Below are positions 1 to 9,508 of a stretch of DNA of 45,356 bases, one piece after another. The notes under the pieces were generated by a model that searched no databases, was not told the origin of the DNA, and saw only the letters and a list, made by a program, of their open reading frames with translations. This DNA comes from an uncultured Nitrosomonadaceae bacterium (lineage in GTDB: Bacteria > Chloroflexota > Anaerolineae > Anaerolineales > UBA11858): positions 1-45,356 of the forward strand of contig CAXMRF010000005.1 in NCBI GenBank assembly GCA_964195965.1, written 5' to 3'. The position numbers were made by a program, and so were the translations under genes. Numbering within the stretch: position 1 is the stretch's first letter; each line of letters begins with the position of its first letter.

Positions 1-83
1 TAAAGAAGCAAAGAAAAAGCGGTTATTGATATCCCAGCTGCCAGGAGCTGATTTAAGGTCTGGATAACACTTAAAAGGTTCAT
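1..83 (-). CDS. 5' end of a membrane protein (partial, runs off window start)
   Basis: ATG at 83 overlaps the GNAT stop (ATGA); reads MNLLSVIQTLNQLLAAGISITAFSLLL, hydrophobic, no stop before the window edge; not in the ORF track. Confidence 0.6.
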   Translation of the reverse strand, partial: MNLLSVIQTLNQLLAAGISITAFSLLL

Positions 84-616
84 ATGAATGAGGAAAAGAA
101 AATTGCAATTTCCTGATCACGATAATATTGGTCGTTATATCCTGAAAATTCAAAACCCAGGTGATAAGAAAATTGGATGGCTGGGTAGTTTTTTGGCTGC
201 ATTTCCATCGTTATCCGGTGGATACCTTTTCTTCCACACCAATCCTGGGCCGCCAGAACCAGTGCACTGCCAATACCGTTTTTCCGATGGACTCGGTCAA
301 CTGCCAGGTCTTCTATCCAGGCACTGTCTGGCGCCAGACCCAGCTGAACACTGATATACCCCCGGACAGCCTCGCCTTGTTCGGCCAACAGGAGCAAATT
401 CCGTTTTGTCCAATTATCCATTATCTTCCGGGAATTCCGGGGATAGTTTACGTGAACTTCCCGCGGCAATCTGACTTCCCGGAAAGTAACCTGGGTTTGA
501 ATTTCTGTCAAATCCAAAGTCATTTGCCAAACATGCCCGGTTGCATAGTTATGATCCAGGGAGACTATCTTGGAAATATCTGTAGACATCGCAGGACGGA
601 TATTTATTTTAGCCAT
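80..616 (-). CDS. GNAT family N-acetyltransferase (streptothricin acetyltransferase-like)
   Basis: Acetyl-CoA motif LAVDRVHRKNGIGSAL; C-terminal NYPAIQFSYHLGF. Confidence 0.85.
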   Translation of the reverse strand: MAKINIRPAMSTDISKIVSLDHNYATGHVWQMTLDLTEIQTQVTFREVRLPREVHVNYPRNSRKIMDNWTKRNLLLLAEQGEAVRGYISVQLGLAPDSAWIEDLAVDRVHRKNGIGSALVLAAQDWCGRKGIHRITMEMQPKNYPAIQFSYHLGFEFSGYNDQYYRDQEIAIFFSSFI

Positions 617-630
617 AAGGTTTTCCCAAT

Positions 631-1323
631 TTACTCATCCACCCTCTCAACATATACATCTACAGCACAGGGCTCTTGCTGAATGCCCTGGTTATCAATC
701 ACAATCAACCGCAGGGAATAATTACCAGATTCCAGTTGAGTAGTATCCCAGAACCCTAACATCTCCTCATTTTTAGGAGAATCGCCTGCCTGGATTGTCA
801 ACCAATTACCAGAGTTAGCCTGTGAAATTTCAAATTTATAAAAACCAAAGTCTGCAATATTCACAGTGCCTTCAATTTCAACAATACCCCGCACTACTTC
901 ATTATTTTCGGGATATGTAATCAATAACTCACCAGGTACACATCCTATTGATACAACTTCTGTGCCTGGCAGCGGGGTTTCCTGTCCTGTTGCTAATTCA
1001 GTTTCTGATAAAGGGGCAATTGTCGTTGTGGGAGAGGCCAGTAAATCAATTGTTGCCGTTGGCAGCGGATTCACATTGGGCATAGATGGAATAATATACG
1101 CCACCAGTCCGAATTCTGCGGTTCCCAAAAACAACAGTACCACCAGCAACGCCGCGGATCGGTTGAGAAGCAGCTGGGCACTCTCTTTTTCCAAACCAAA
1201 AGCTGCTGCTTTTAATTCATCCCAGGCAATAGTAAACTTCCAGATTTGCCAGATAGTCATTGATCCAATAATGATATAGATCAAATACTCATATTCTTTC
1301 AGGAATCTTAATATTTCATTCAT
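631..1323 (-). CDS. Hypothetical membrane protein: 2 TM helices, Pro/Thr linker, C-terminal Ig-like beta domain
   Basis: Two hydrophobic N-terminal segments; PLPTAT/SPTTT linker; WDTT..GNYSLRLIVID beta-sandwich pattern flanked by two Cys. Confidence 0.7.
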   Translation of the reverse strand: MNEILRFLKEYEYLIYIIIGSMTIWQIWKFTIAWDELKAAAFGLEKESAQLLLNRSAALLVVLLFLGTAEFGLVAYIIPSMPNVNPLPTATIDLLASPTTTIAPLSETELATGQETPLPGTEVVSIGCVPGELLITYPENNEVVRGIVEIEGTVNIADFGFYKFEISQANSGNWLTIQAGDSPKNEEMLGFWDTTQLESGNYSLRLIVIDNQGIQQEPCAVDVYVERVDE

Positions 1324-1404
1324 TAATTATTCAAGTGACAATTTAGGGGACAAAAATGGCAGGAGACAAGGCCCGGCAGATCTATTCCCGATTGTTAATG
1401 ATGT

Positions 1405-2241
1405 TTACAGCGCTCGTAAAACGCCCCTGATCAATTTCATCATTTTCGGAGCCAGAACCAAACCCGTTTCAATGACCTCTTCGTGAGTAGTTTCTGCTTC
1501 CCCGTACAAATTCGAGCTGTTAGTAATACCAGAAATCCCCAAAACCCGCTGACCACCATGATTGGCAATAATTACCTCTGGCACAGTAGACATACCCACT
1601 GCATCCACACCGGCCCCTAGTAAAAAGCGTAAATCAGCAGGGGTTTCAAAGGTGGGACCAGCCAGGCAGACATATATTCCCTCGTACAAAGTGATGTCCA
1701 ATTCCCTGGCTACTCTCCGGGCAAGCTCAGTTAATTCCTTATCATATGCCTGGCTCATATCAGGGAAACGGGTGCCAAACTCTTCCATATTTGGGCCCCG
1801 CAAAGGATTTATACCAGCCATACCCAGTAGGTTTAAATGATCTGTGATTAACATAGGATTGCCAGGCACAAAATCCTGGTTAACACCGCCGGCCGCATTT
1901 GTAACTAGCAGAATTTTAATGCCAAGACGCTGCATAACACGTATCGGCAGGGTGACCTGGCTCATTTCATAACCTTCATAGAAATGAATCCGGCCGTTCA
2001 TCACCAGCACATCCTGATCTTCAAGTTTACCAATCACCAGCTCACCTGCATGTCCCTCCACAGTCGATAATGGCCAACCGGGAAGGTCATGATAAGGGAT
2101 GATCGTTGGGTCTTCAATAGCTTCCGATAACGGGCCTAAACCAGATCCTAAAATCAATCCAATTTCGGGTTGAACGGATATCCTGGAGCGAATTTCGTCA
2201 GCTATCCGATCCATATCCTCAATAGTATATTTGGTCTTCAT
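1405..2241 (-). CDS. punA: Purine-nucleoside phosphorylase (trimeric type)
   Basis: GLILGSGLG, GHAG, GRIHFYEG, TNAAGG, GPTFET, VGMSTVPE. Confidence 0.95.
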   Translation of the reverse strand: MKTKYTIEDMDRIADEIRSRISVQPEIGLILGSGLGPLSEAIEDPTIIPYHDLPGWPLSTVEGHAGELVIGKLEDQDVLVMNGRIHFYEGYEMSQVTLPIRVMQRLGIKILLVTNAAGGVNQDFVPGNPMLITDHLNLLGMAGINPLRGPNMEEFGTRFPDMSQAYDKELTELARRVARELDITLYEGIYVCLAGPTFETPADLRFLLGAGVDAVGMSTVPEVIIANHGGQRVLGISGITNSSNLYGEAETTHEEVIETGLVLAPKMMKLIRGVLRAL

Positions 2242-2285
2242 TGATTTTATTTTCCCTTTGTGAAACTAGCAAAAAGAACGATCTT

Positions 2286-2294
2286 ATTATAACA
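2286..2294 (-). promoter_or_regulatory. Extended -10 promoter for the nucleoside phosphorylase operon
   Basis: TGtTATAAT on the minus strand about 45 nt upstream of the ATG. Confidence 0.55.
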
Positions 2295-2347
2295 TCAGGC
2301 AGGCAACGACCTTCTTGCACCAGGCAAGAGCAGGAATCGAATACACC

Positions 2348-3379
2348 TCAGGCTAGAATATCTTTAAAAACTTGAATAACTTCCTCAACATCATTGTCAG
2401 TGACCCAAAGATGTAAGACCAGCCTAAACTGCCTTTCTCCAGTTATACCCACCAGGATTTCCCGTTCTTTTAGACTCGCATAAACTTGTTCAGCATTGAG
2501 ATGGAGCTGGGGATCCAGATTTAGATAAACCATATTGGAGGGTGGTTTCTGATCTTCCAAGTTCAGTCCATTGATCTCCCCCAATCCATGAGCCAATTTT
2601 AATGCCCGAAGATGATCTTCCTTCAACAACGGTAAGTGATTTTGCAAAGCGAATAATCCGGCGGCAGCGATCATACCTGCTTGTCTCATGCCTCCACCCA
2701 GCATTTTCCGGGTTTTTCTGGCTCGTCGGACGAACTCCCTATCTCCACATAATATTGAGCCTACTGGAGCGCCCAGGCCCTTGCTCAGGCAAAACATTAC
2801 GGAATCCACCGGTTCCACCAGCACGGCTGGGGCTACATCCAGGGTAGCTGCGGCGTTAAAGAGCCTGGCACCATCAAGGTGGAATTTTAATTGATTTTCC
2901 CGGGCAATTGCTGCAACAGCCCGGGTATATTCCACAGACAGAGCAACCCCGCCACAACGATTATGGGTGTTTTCCAGCGTAATAAGCCTGGTTGGCGGAT
3001 CATGAATATCATCCTTTCGAATCGCGCCCTTGATATCTTCAATTTTCAAGGTGCCATCTTTTTGATTAGGAAGAATATGGGAGTGAATTCCCCCCAGGGC
3101 GGCAATTCCGCCAACTTCGTATAAAAATGTATGGGCTTTGTTCCCCAGGATAATTTCACTGCCGCGGCCACAATGCGTCAAAACAGCTGCTAAGTTTCCC
3201 ATGGTGCCTGATGGGACAAATAAACCAGCCTCTTTCCCCAGCAATCTGGCTGATTCTTCTTCAAGTTTATTTACCGAGGGATCTTCTCCATAAACATCAT
3301 CTCCAACCTCCGCTTTGGCAATTACATCCCACATCTCTGGAGTTGGTTTAGTGACGGTATCGGATCGCAGATCAATCAT
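2348..3379 (-). CDS. ltaE: Low-specificity L-threonine aldolase
   Basis: IDLRSDTVT, GDDVYGEDP, HLDGARLFNA, CLSKGLGAPVGS (PLP Lys); start placed at 3379 (AGGAG 9 nt upstream, overlaps the upstream stop) rather than 3409. Confidence 0.93.
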   Translation of the reverse strand: MIDLRSDTVTKPTPEMWDVIAKAEVGDDVYGEDPSVNKLEEESARLLGKEAGLFVPSGTMGNLAAVLTHCGRGSEIILGNKAHTFLYEVGGIAALGGIHSHILPNQKDGTLKIEDIKGAIRKDDIHDPPTRLITLENTHNRCGGVALSVEYTRAVAAIARENQLKFHLDGARLFNAAATLDVAPAVLVEPVDSVMFCLSKGLGAPVGSILCGDREFVRRARKTRKMLGGGMRQAGMIAAAGLFALQNHLPLLKEDHLRALKLAHGLGEINGLNLEDQKPPSNMVYLNLDPQLHLNAEQVYASLKEREILVGITGERQFRLVLHLWVTDNDVEEVIQVFKDILA

Positions 3380-4319
3380 TTTCAATGACTCCTGGCTCAT
3401 TGGATTCAAGAATTTTCAACAGCTGATCCAAATCCTCTGCCAGGGGAGCTTCAAAGGTTCGTTTCTCTGTTTCACCCGGGATTTTGATTGAGAGTTGGAA
3501 AGCATGTAAAAATTGTCTGTCTACTGGTAGAGATGGGTTATTTCTTCCATACACCGTATCACCTACAACTGAACAACCCAAGAATTTCAGGTGGATGCGA
3601 ATCTGGTGAGTTCGGCCGGTAAGTATTTTGACCTTTAACAAAGTGTGTTTAGGAAATTCCTTTAGGGTGAAAAACTCACTGATGGCTTCTTTTCCATCTT
3701 TTTCTAATACCGGAGCCATGCGCTGCCGATATTTTGGATCCCGCCCAACGGCAACTTCCACCCGTCCTTGTGGTGAGGGCGGACGGCCATCTACCAACGC
3801 CAGATATATTTTTTCAACCAGTCGATCCTGAAACTGGTCCTGGAGAAAGTGGTGGGCGTGGTCATTTTTAGCCAGGAGAATAACACCCGAAGTATCCTGG
3901 TCCAATCGGTGTACAAGCCCGGGTCTTTTCACGCCCCCTACTCCCTCAATTTCCGGCGCGTAACCCAAAACTGCTTGAACCAGAGTACCAGTAGAATGTC
4001 CCAGTCCTGGATGAACTACCATTCCAGCTGGTTTATTTACCGCAAGGAGATCCTCATTTTCAAATAGGATATCCAGGGGAATATCTTCTGGCAGGAGCGT
4101 TGTTTCCTCAGCTTGAGGCATAATGACCTCAACCTCCCTGCCCGGCAAAATAATTTCAGACTTCTTGTAAACGGGAATACCTTCTACAGACACGCCCCCT
4201 GCGGAGATGATTTTTTGGATATAGGAACGGGAAAAGCCTTCCAGGCTTTGCGCTAAAAATTTGTCGAGCCTGATCTCATTTTCACTTTGATTAAAAAGGA
4301 CAATCGGTTCTTCATTCAT
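3372..4319 (-). CDS. rluD: RluA/RluD family 23S rRNA pseudouridine synthase
   Basis: S4 domain RLDKFL; NKPAGMVVHP, VHRLDQDTSG (catalytic Asp), TGRTHQIRIH. Confidence 0.9.
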   Translation of the reverse strand: MNEEPIVLFNQSENEIRLDKFLAQSLEGFSRSYIQKIISAGGVSVEGIPVYKKSEIILPGREVEVIMPQAEETTLLPEDIPLDILFENEDLLAVNKPAGMVVHPGLGHSTGTLVQAVLGYAPEIEGVGGVKRPGLVHRLDQDTSGVILLAKNDHAHHFLQDQFQDRLVEKIYLALVDGRPPSPQGRVEVAVGRDPKYRQRMAPVLEKDGKEAISEFFTLKEFPKHTLLKVKILTGRTHQIRIHLKFLGCSVVGDTVYGRNNPSLPVDRQFLHAFQLSIKIPGETEKRTFEAPLAEDLDQLLKILESNEPGVIEND

Positions 4320-4806
4320 CTTGTGGTTTTCTCTCCTCGACCCACATTCCGATCAATAAAACAACAACACCTAAAGTAATACAGGAATCAGCCACATTAA
4401 AAACAGGGAATTTTCCAATAGAGATAAAATCTGTCACATAACCACGATACAAACGATCAATTAAATTCCCCGCCGCACCTGCTATCTGAAAACTCAGCGC
4501 CAGCCGGAAATAAATATCAACATCCGGTATCATGGGAAAATAAATCAAGATCAAGCCAATAATAACAAATGCCAGGACAATAAACACACTGTTCATTCCC
4601 TGGAAAATGCCAAATGCTGCCCCTGTATTTTGCCAATTGACCACCCTTGCATAAGGGGCCAACCACTCGAAAGGCATCCAAAGTTCGTTAAATGCCAGGT
4701 TGGTCCTCACCCATGATTTTGTCAACTGATCAAGAGCCACCAGGAATAGTGAGATGGGAAGCAAAAAAGCGTAGGCATTAAAATATTTCTTCAAACTTTC
4801 CTCCAC
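4312..4806 (-). CDS. lspA: Lipoprotein signal peptidase II
   Basis: DQLTK, NTGAAFG, GAAGNLIDR, VTDFI, FNVADSCI. Confidence 0.95.
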   Translation of the reverse strand: MEESLKKYFNAYAFLLPISLFLVALDQLTKSWVRTNLAFNELWMPFEWLAPYARVVNWQNTGAAFGIFQGMNSVFIVLAFVIIGLILIYFPMIPDVDIYFRLALSFQIAGAAGNLIDRLYRGYVTDFISIGKFPVFNVADSCITLGVVVLLIGMWVEERKPQDE

Positions 4807-4928
4807 AACAAAATAACTATCCCATTTTACCGTACAATTCGCCCAGAACTCAATCTCATCCTGAGATTAATGGGGGGTGGTCCAAGAGCGAAGCCAGGAG
4901 GTTTTATAGGCTACTGGGCAGAGAACCC

Positions 4929-4958
4929 TTGAGGATACAGGAAATACCATGCTATAAT
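4929..4958 (+). promoter_or_regulatory. Sigma70-type promoter for the HNH gene
   Basis: TTGAGG-N18-TATAAT with TGn extension. Confidence 0.55.
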
Positions 4959-4977
4959 TTTCGAATATAAATTAGAG

Positions 4978-5481
4978 ATGAATGAACCAGTTTTAGTCCT
5001 CAATGGCAATTACGCACCGATTAATGTTTGCACCACTAGAAGTGCGATGTGCCTGATACTGATTGGAAAAGCCAACATGGTCATGGATGGCCGTGGTGTG
5101 GTGAGAACTATTACCAGATCTTATCCAAAACCTTCCATCATTCGATTGCGCCATATGATCAAACGCCCACGACAAAATGTGAAGCTGTCCAAACAAGAGA
5201 TATTCAGAAGAGATCAATTCAAGTGCCAATACTGCGGACAGAAATCCAAAGAGCTTACAGTTGATCACGTTCTCCCTCAGCACATGGGGGGAGAATCCAC
5301 CTGGTCAAACCTGGTGACGGCCTGTACGTCCTGCAATCATAAAAAGGGAGGATTTACTCTGAAACAAGCCGGATTAAAACTTCAAAAAATACCCGCTCAA
5401 CCACCAGGATCCGCCTCATACCTGTTCAGAAAATATCTCAACCGATATCAAGATTGGGAGCCTTTTGTCCAGGGCTGGTGA
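4978..5481 (+). CDS. Stand-alone HNH endonuclease (McrA/HNH_5-like)
   Basis: VLVLN start; RRDQFKCQYCG, TVDHVLP, GG.STW.NLVTACTSCNHKKG. Confidence 0.9.
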   Translation: MNEPVLVLNGNYAPINVCTTRSAMCLILIGKANMVMDGRGVVRTITRSYPKPSIIRLRHMIKRPRQNVKLSKQEIFRRDQFKCQYCGQKSKELTVDHVLPQHMGGESTWSNLVTACTSCNHKKGGFTLKQAGLKLQKIPAQPPGSASYLFRKYLNRYQDWEPFVQGW

Positions 5482-5488
5482 TGAGAAT

Positions 5489-6256
5489 TTAATCCTTTTT
5501 GAACTCAATTTCCATTAAATCTTCTGCCAGAACAACCTTCCCCGGGAAGGTTGTTTTTGCGTCACTGAGCATTGATTCGGGCGTGATGTCATCATAAAAC
5601 CCGTAGTGAACCAAATAAAGAGATTTCGCATTAGCTTTCTTAGCGATTTCTCCTGCTTGAGAAGCAGTAGAATGATGATATACCGATCCGGTTGCTTCAT
5701 GAATCAATACATCAGCATCGGCGGCCAACCTGGCAGTCTGGGGAACAGGTTTGGTATCAGATGAATAAGCGAGAATAAATTTATCACCCTGGTATTCAAT
5801 CCTCAGTCCGAGAGTTGGAATCATATGTTCCACAGGGGATGTGAGAATCCTGAATTCAGGGGAATTAATCACCGGTGTTAATTCCTCCAGGGGCACGGTG
5901 TGGAAATGGATCGGGTAGATACCTTTCCACTCCTGCAAGTCAAATAATTCCATCATTTTTTGTGCCCTGGATATAGCGTGTTCACATCCATGGATATGGA
6001 ATTCCTTTTCCCTGCCCATCAGCCACATATCCATCAGTAAATTAGGCAATCCGGAAACATGATCAGGATGAAAATGGGTGATGATCAAATCACTAAGTTC
6101 ATTAAAAGAAACACCCGCTTCCTTCAAGCGCTGGACTGGTTTGGCAGCGCAGTCTACAAGGATCGAAGATTGATCTCCTTGAATGACCAGGAATGTATTT
6201 TCATGCCCATCGTACGCAAGCACATAGGCGGTACCCAAAAAAATCAATTTTGCCAT
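5489..6256 (-). CDS. MBL-fold hydrolase, ribonuclease Z family
   Basis: FLGT start, THFHPDH, YSSDT, LIHEAT, HST, LVHY. Confidence 0.85.
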   Translation of the reverse strand: MAKLIFLGTAYVLAYDGHENTFLVIQGDQSSILVDCAAKPVQRLKEAGVSFNELSDLIITHFHPDHVSGLPNLLMDMWLMGREKEFHIHGCEHAISRAQKMMELFDLQEWKGIYPIHFHTVPLEELTPVINSPEFRILTSPVEHMIPTLGLRIEYQGDKFILAYSSDTKPVPQTARLAADADVLIHEATGSVYHHSTASQAGEIAKKANAKSLYLVHYGFYDDITPESMLSDAKTTFPGKVVLAEDLMEIEFKKD

Positions 6257-6275
6257 GTCTCAAACCTCCCTCTCC

Positions 6276-7715
6276 TCACCCGTTGAAAAGTGCCAGGGCA
6301 ACCCTGGGCGTAATATAGACTTCAAAAAATGCGGCAATCACCAAGAGCGGAATCACCAGAAATATTATCAACCGGGTCCAATCAGCGAGTGTTCTGATCC
6401 AGGCTTCGCCAATTGTGTAATTATCGTTAGGTATCACCAGGGTCATTCCCAATCGGATAATCAAAGCACCCGTCAGAATGATAGCTGGAATTTCAAAGAT
6501 ACCGTGCGGAAGGACAAACCCCACTAAAAACATCCAGGCAGAACGACCTGTTTGGCCAACAATAGCTGTGAAATATCCAATAATGCTGAAAGGCAGGACC
6601 AAAGTTATGATACCCAGCACCCCAAATGAAAATATACCCAGTAAACTATTTATGGCTATCGCCCGTAGATTATGCAGGAATATTAATCCGATACCCTGGA
6701 TAGAGAAAAAACGAATCGGTCCAAACTCTTCAATCCCCGTTACCAGGCCTTCATCCAAATTTTCCCAATCCAGCAAACTTGGCGGAATGGAGAAGATCTC
6801 CGCCTGCGCTTGACCTACAAATACAGCACCAACAGAAATAATTAATACCAGCAGGAGAGCCCATTTTAATTCTTTGACAATCCCCCAAACGTTGACACGC
6901 CACCAGGTCCAGGCTGTTCCTCTCACCCCAATAAATGCATCTTTAAATACAGACCAGGCCCACTTAAGATCCAGGGTATCCAATTGCTGTCCGAGCAATT
7001 CCTCTCGATTAAAATGGGCGATGCCGGTCCGGATTAATAACCAGGCAATAATAGCCTGACCAATAATTGCCCACCAAAGCACATGGTAGCGGGCCCAGAA
7101 CATGATCATACTCTCCCCCACCAACAGCATAGCCATCGGGATGATAATAAACGAGGCCAACAAATTTGCCGCCCGGACAGAAGTAGTTTGGGAAGATATC
7201 ACCACAGCGCCGCTGACCATCACCAGGGATTGGACGGCTGCGAGGGCGATTACCTGAATTAACAAGGTTAGATTTGGTACCCAGCCAACCTGGCGGTAAA
7301 CACCGACCAGGTAAACAGCAATTCCCAGGAAGCTGGCAATCAGGGGAGGGAAAATAACAGCCATTAACTTGCCCAGATACAGCTGCACATCAGATAAAGG
7401 GCTGCTCAATAAGGGTTCGATGCTTCTGCGCTCTTTCTCCCCCACAAAACTTTCCAGTGCAATCACCAGGGAAACAGATATAGGAAAGAAGCCCACAACC
7501 ATCAATAAAAATGGTATCAATCGATCAGCAATAATTGGCGCACCATATTTGGCAACAAAATCAACCGCCTGCTGGGCAGTAAAATTCATCAATCCTGGGA
7601 AAAAAACTGTCAGAATAATAATCGGGATCATGATTCGCCAATCGCGGAATTGATCCCTGACTTCCCGGCGGGTGATTATGAAAGCTTTTTTAAAATCAGT
7701 CCACATGGAAATCAT
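6276..7715 (-). CDS. ABC-2 type permease fused to a SpoIIM-like (DUF95) membrane domain
   Basis: N-half ESFVGEKERRSIEPLLSSPLS..YLGK; C-half IFLHNLRA, LPHGIFEIPA, AAFFEVYITP; true start may be 7706. Confidence 0.8.
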   Translation of the reverse strand: MISMWTDFKKAFIITRREVRDQFRDWRIMIPIIILTVFFPGLMNFTAQQAVDFVAKYGAPIIADRLIPFLLMVVGFFPISVSLVIALESFVGEKERRSIEPLLSSPLSDVQLYLGKLMAVIFPPLIASFLGIAVYLVGVYRQVGWVPNLTLLIQVIALAAVQSLVMVSGAVVISSQTTSVRAANLLASFIIIPMAMLLVGESMIMFWARYHVLWWAIIGQAIIAWLLIRTGIAHFNREELLGQQLDTLDLKWAWSVFKDAFIGVRGTAWTWWRVNVWGIVKELKWALLLVLIISVGAVFVGQAQAEIFSIPPSLLDWENLDEGLVTGIEEFGPIRFFSIQGIGLIFLHNLRAIAINSLLGIFSFGVLGIITLVLPFSIIGYFTAIVGQTGRSAWMFLVGFVLPHGIFEIPAIILTGALIIRLGMTLVIPNDNYTIGEAWIRTLADWTRLIIFLVIPLLVIAAFFEVYITPRVALALFNG

Positions 7716-8637
7716 CCTCTACAGGTCCCTGGTTGACAGCTTGTAAATAAACAGATTCCAGGCTGCGTTTAATTTCTTCCAGCGTTACCACGTCAAATCC
7801 CGCTTTAATCAGGTTTTTTAATACCTGGGGGTTTGTATTCCTCTCCCCGTCAACCCTGAATTTAAACCAGTCCGGACCCTGTTCGGTAATCTCTATCCCG
7901 GGGAGCACAGGCAGGCTGCGATCCTTCAGGGAATCAGCCAGCTGAATCTGATATTCTCCCGGTCCCAGCAGATGTTCTTTCAATTGGGCCGCCGTCCCAT
8001 TTGCTATGATTTTTCCTGAGTGGATAATTGCAATTGTGTCCGCCAATTCTTCTGCTTCAGCCAGATTATGGGTGCAGATTATGATAGCCCGATCTTCCGA
8101 TCGCAAGGTCTTAATTGAATCCCTTACCAATCTGGCGCTAGCAGGATCCATAGCAGAGGTAGGTTCGTCCAGCAGTAAAACAGGAGGGGAATGGAGCAGG
8201 GATCTGGCAAGAGATAGTTTTTGCCTCATGCCTTTTGAAAACTTGCCAATTCTACGATTCCTGGCATCCAATAAATCAAACTTATCCAACAAATAGTGAA
8301 TGCGGTCCTTCCTCTTCCGGGTGGGCATATCGTAAATTTGACCAAAAAAATCCAGGTACTCTTCCATATGCATTCGATCATATAATCCGTGATCTTCCGT
8401 CAATACACCTACGGCCGCTCTCACATCCCCGGGGTGCGTGCGCACATCATATCCTGCTATCCGGGCAGTGCCGCTGCTGGGACGCAGCACAGTTGTCAGC
8501 ATGCGAACGGTGGTAGTTTTGCCAGCACCATTAGGTCCCAATAAAGCGAGAACTTGACCCGCTTTGATATGCAGGCTTACCTCGTCTACCGCCCGAAGGT
8601 CCTTAAAGTTTTTAGTGAGATTCTCAGTTACGATCAT
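7696..8637 (-). CDS. ABC transporter ATP-binding protein (DrrA/CcmA-like)
   Basis: GPNGAGKTT, FSKGMRQK, LLLDEPT, THNL. Confidence 0.93.
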   Translation of the reverse strand: MIVTENLTKNFKDLRAVDEVSLHIKAGQVLALLGPNGAGKTTTVRMLTTVLRPSSGTARIAGYDVRTHPGDVRAAVGVLTEDHGLYDRMHMEEYLDFFGQIYDMPTRKRKDRIHYLLDKFDLLDARNRRIGKFSKGMRQKLSLARSLLHSPPVLLLDEPTSAMDPASARLVRDSIKTLRSEDRAIIICTHNLAEAEELADTIAIIHSGKIIANGTAAQLKEHLLGPGEYQIQLADSLKDRSLPVLPGIEITEQGPDWFKFRVDGERNTNPQVLKNLIKAGFDVVTLEEIKRSLESVYLQAVNQGPVEDDFHVD

Positions 8638-9446
8638 TTCTGTTCGGGTGCTCCGTCTTTTGTTTTCTTGCCAGGTATCAGCAATAAACTTGCACTAACA
8701 ACCACGATAATCATGGCAGCCTGATTGAGATTAACTCCCCGATATGAGGAAATATCCAGGCGCAAAAATTCCAAACCAATTCTTCCCACGCCGTAGAAAA
8801 TCAGGTAATAAAGGAAAAGGCTGCCTTCTTTCAATTTTCCCAGGTACTTTTTTCCAATCAGGAGCAGAAAAACCATATTCAGCAGGCTCCAAATAGATTC
8901 ATATAAGAACAGCGGGTGGTAGGTTGAAAATTGGGCATAAGCTGACAGTCTGTATTGGGGATCAATAGTTATCGCCCAGGGTAATTCTGAGGGCAAACCA
9001 TACACTTCCTGATTAATAAAATTTCCCCAGCGCCCAAAAGCCTGGGCCAAAGCCAGGCCCGGAGCTATAATATCCAGCCATTCAGCCGCAGAAACGTTCT
9101 TTTTCCTGGCATATAACCATAATGTAAACGATCCTCCCAAAATAGCACCAATAATCCCAATGCCGCCCTTCCAAATTGCAATCGCTTCCAGAAGGTGAGT
9201 CAGGTAATACCGGGTAGTTATGCCGCGAGATACCATGGATTCAGCAGGCGTGAAGATATGCCAGATCCTGGCCCCTATAACAGTTCCGACAAAAATCCAG
9301 GGAAGGGCGTCTAATAAAAAATCAAGGGTTTTTCCGCGACTGGCAGCCAGCCTTGATGTGAGTGTAATCGCAATAAAAACTCCCACTAGAATCACAAGCG
9401 AATAATAGTGAATAGTAAAAGGCCCTATCTGAAAACCTGTTGCCAT
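8634..9446 (-). CDS. lgt: Prolipoprotein diacylglyceryl transferase
   Basis: IGARIWH, IWKGG, LAQAFGRWGNFINQEVYG, HPLFLYES, EFLR. Confidence 0.93.
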   Translation of the reverse strand: MATGFQIGPFTIHYYSLVILVGVFIAITLTSRLAASRGKTLDFLLDALPWIFVGTVIGARIWHIFTPAESMVSRGITTRYYLTHLLEAIAIWKGGIGIIGAILGGSFTLWLYARKKNVSAAEWLDIIAPGLALAQAFGRWGNFINQEVYGLPSELPWAITIDPQYRLSAYAQFSTYHPLFLYESIWSLLNMVFLLLIGKKYLGKLKEGSLFLYYLIFYGVGRIGLEFLRLDISSYRGVNLNQAAMIIVVVSASLLLIPGKKTKDGAPEQK

Positions 9447-9508
9447 TAATTTTCCTTAATTTTGGATGGGTAACTGGAAATTCGTTGCTTTTCCCCGGTT
9501 TACTAATT

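Noticed and set aside
4978-5481. HNH nuclease as a Cas9/IscB, homing or defence element
   Set aside because: No RuvC motifs, repeats, methylase or mobile context; matches the widespread stand-alone HNH family
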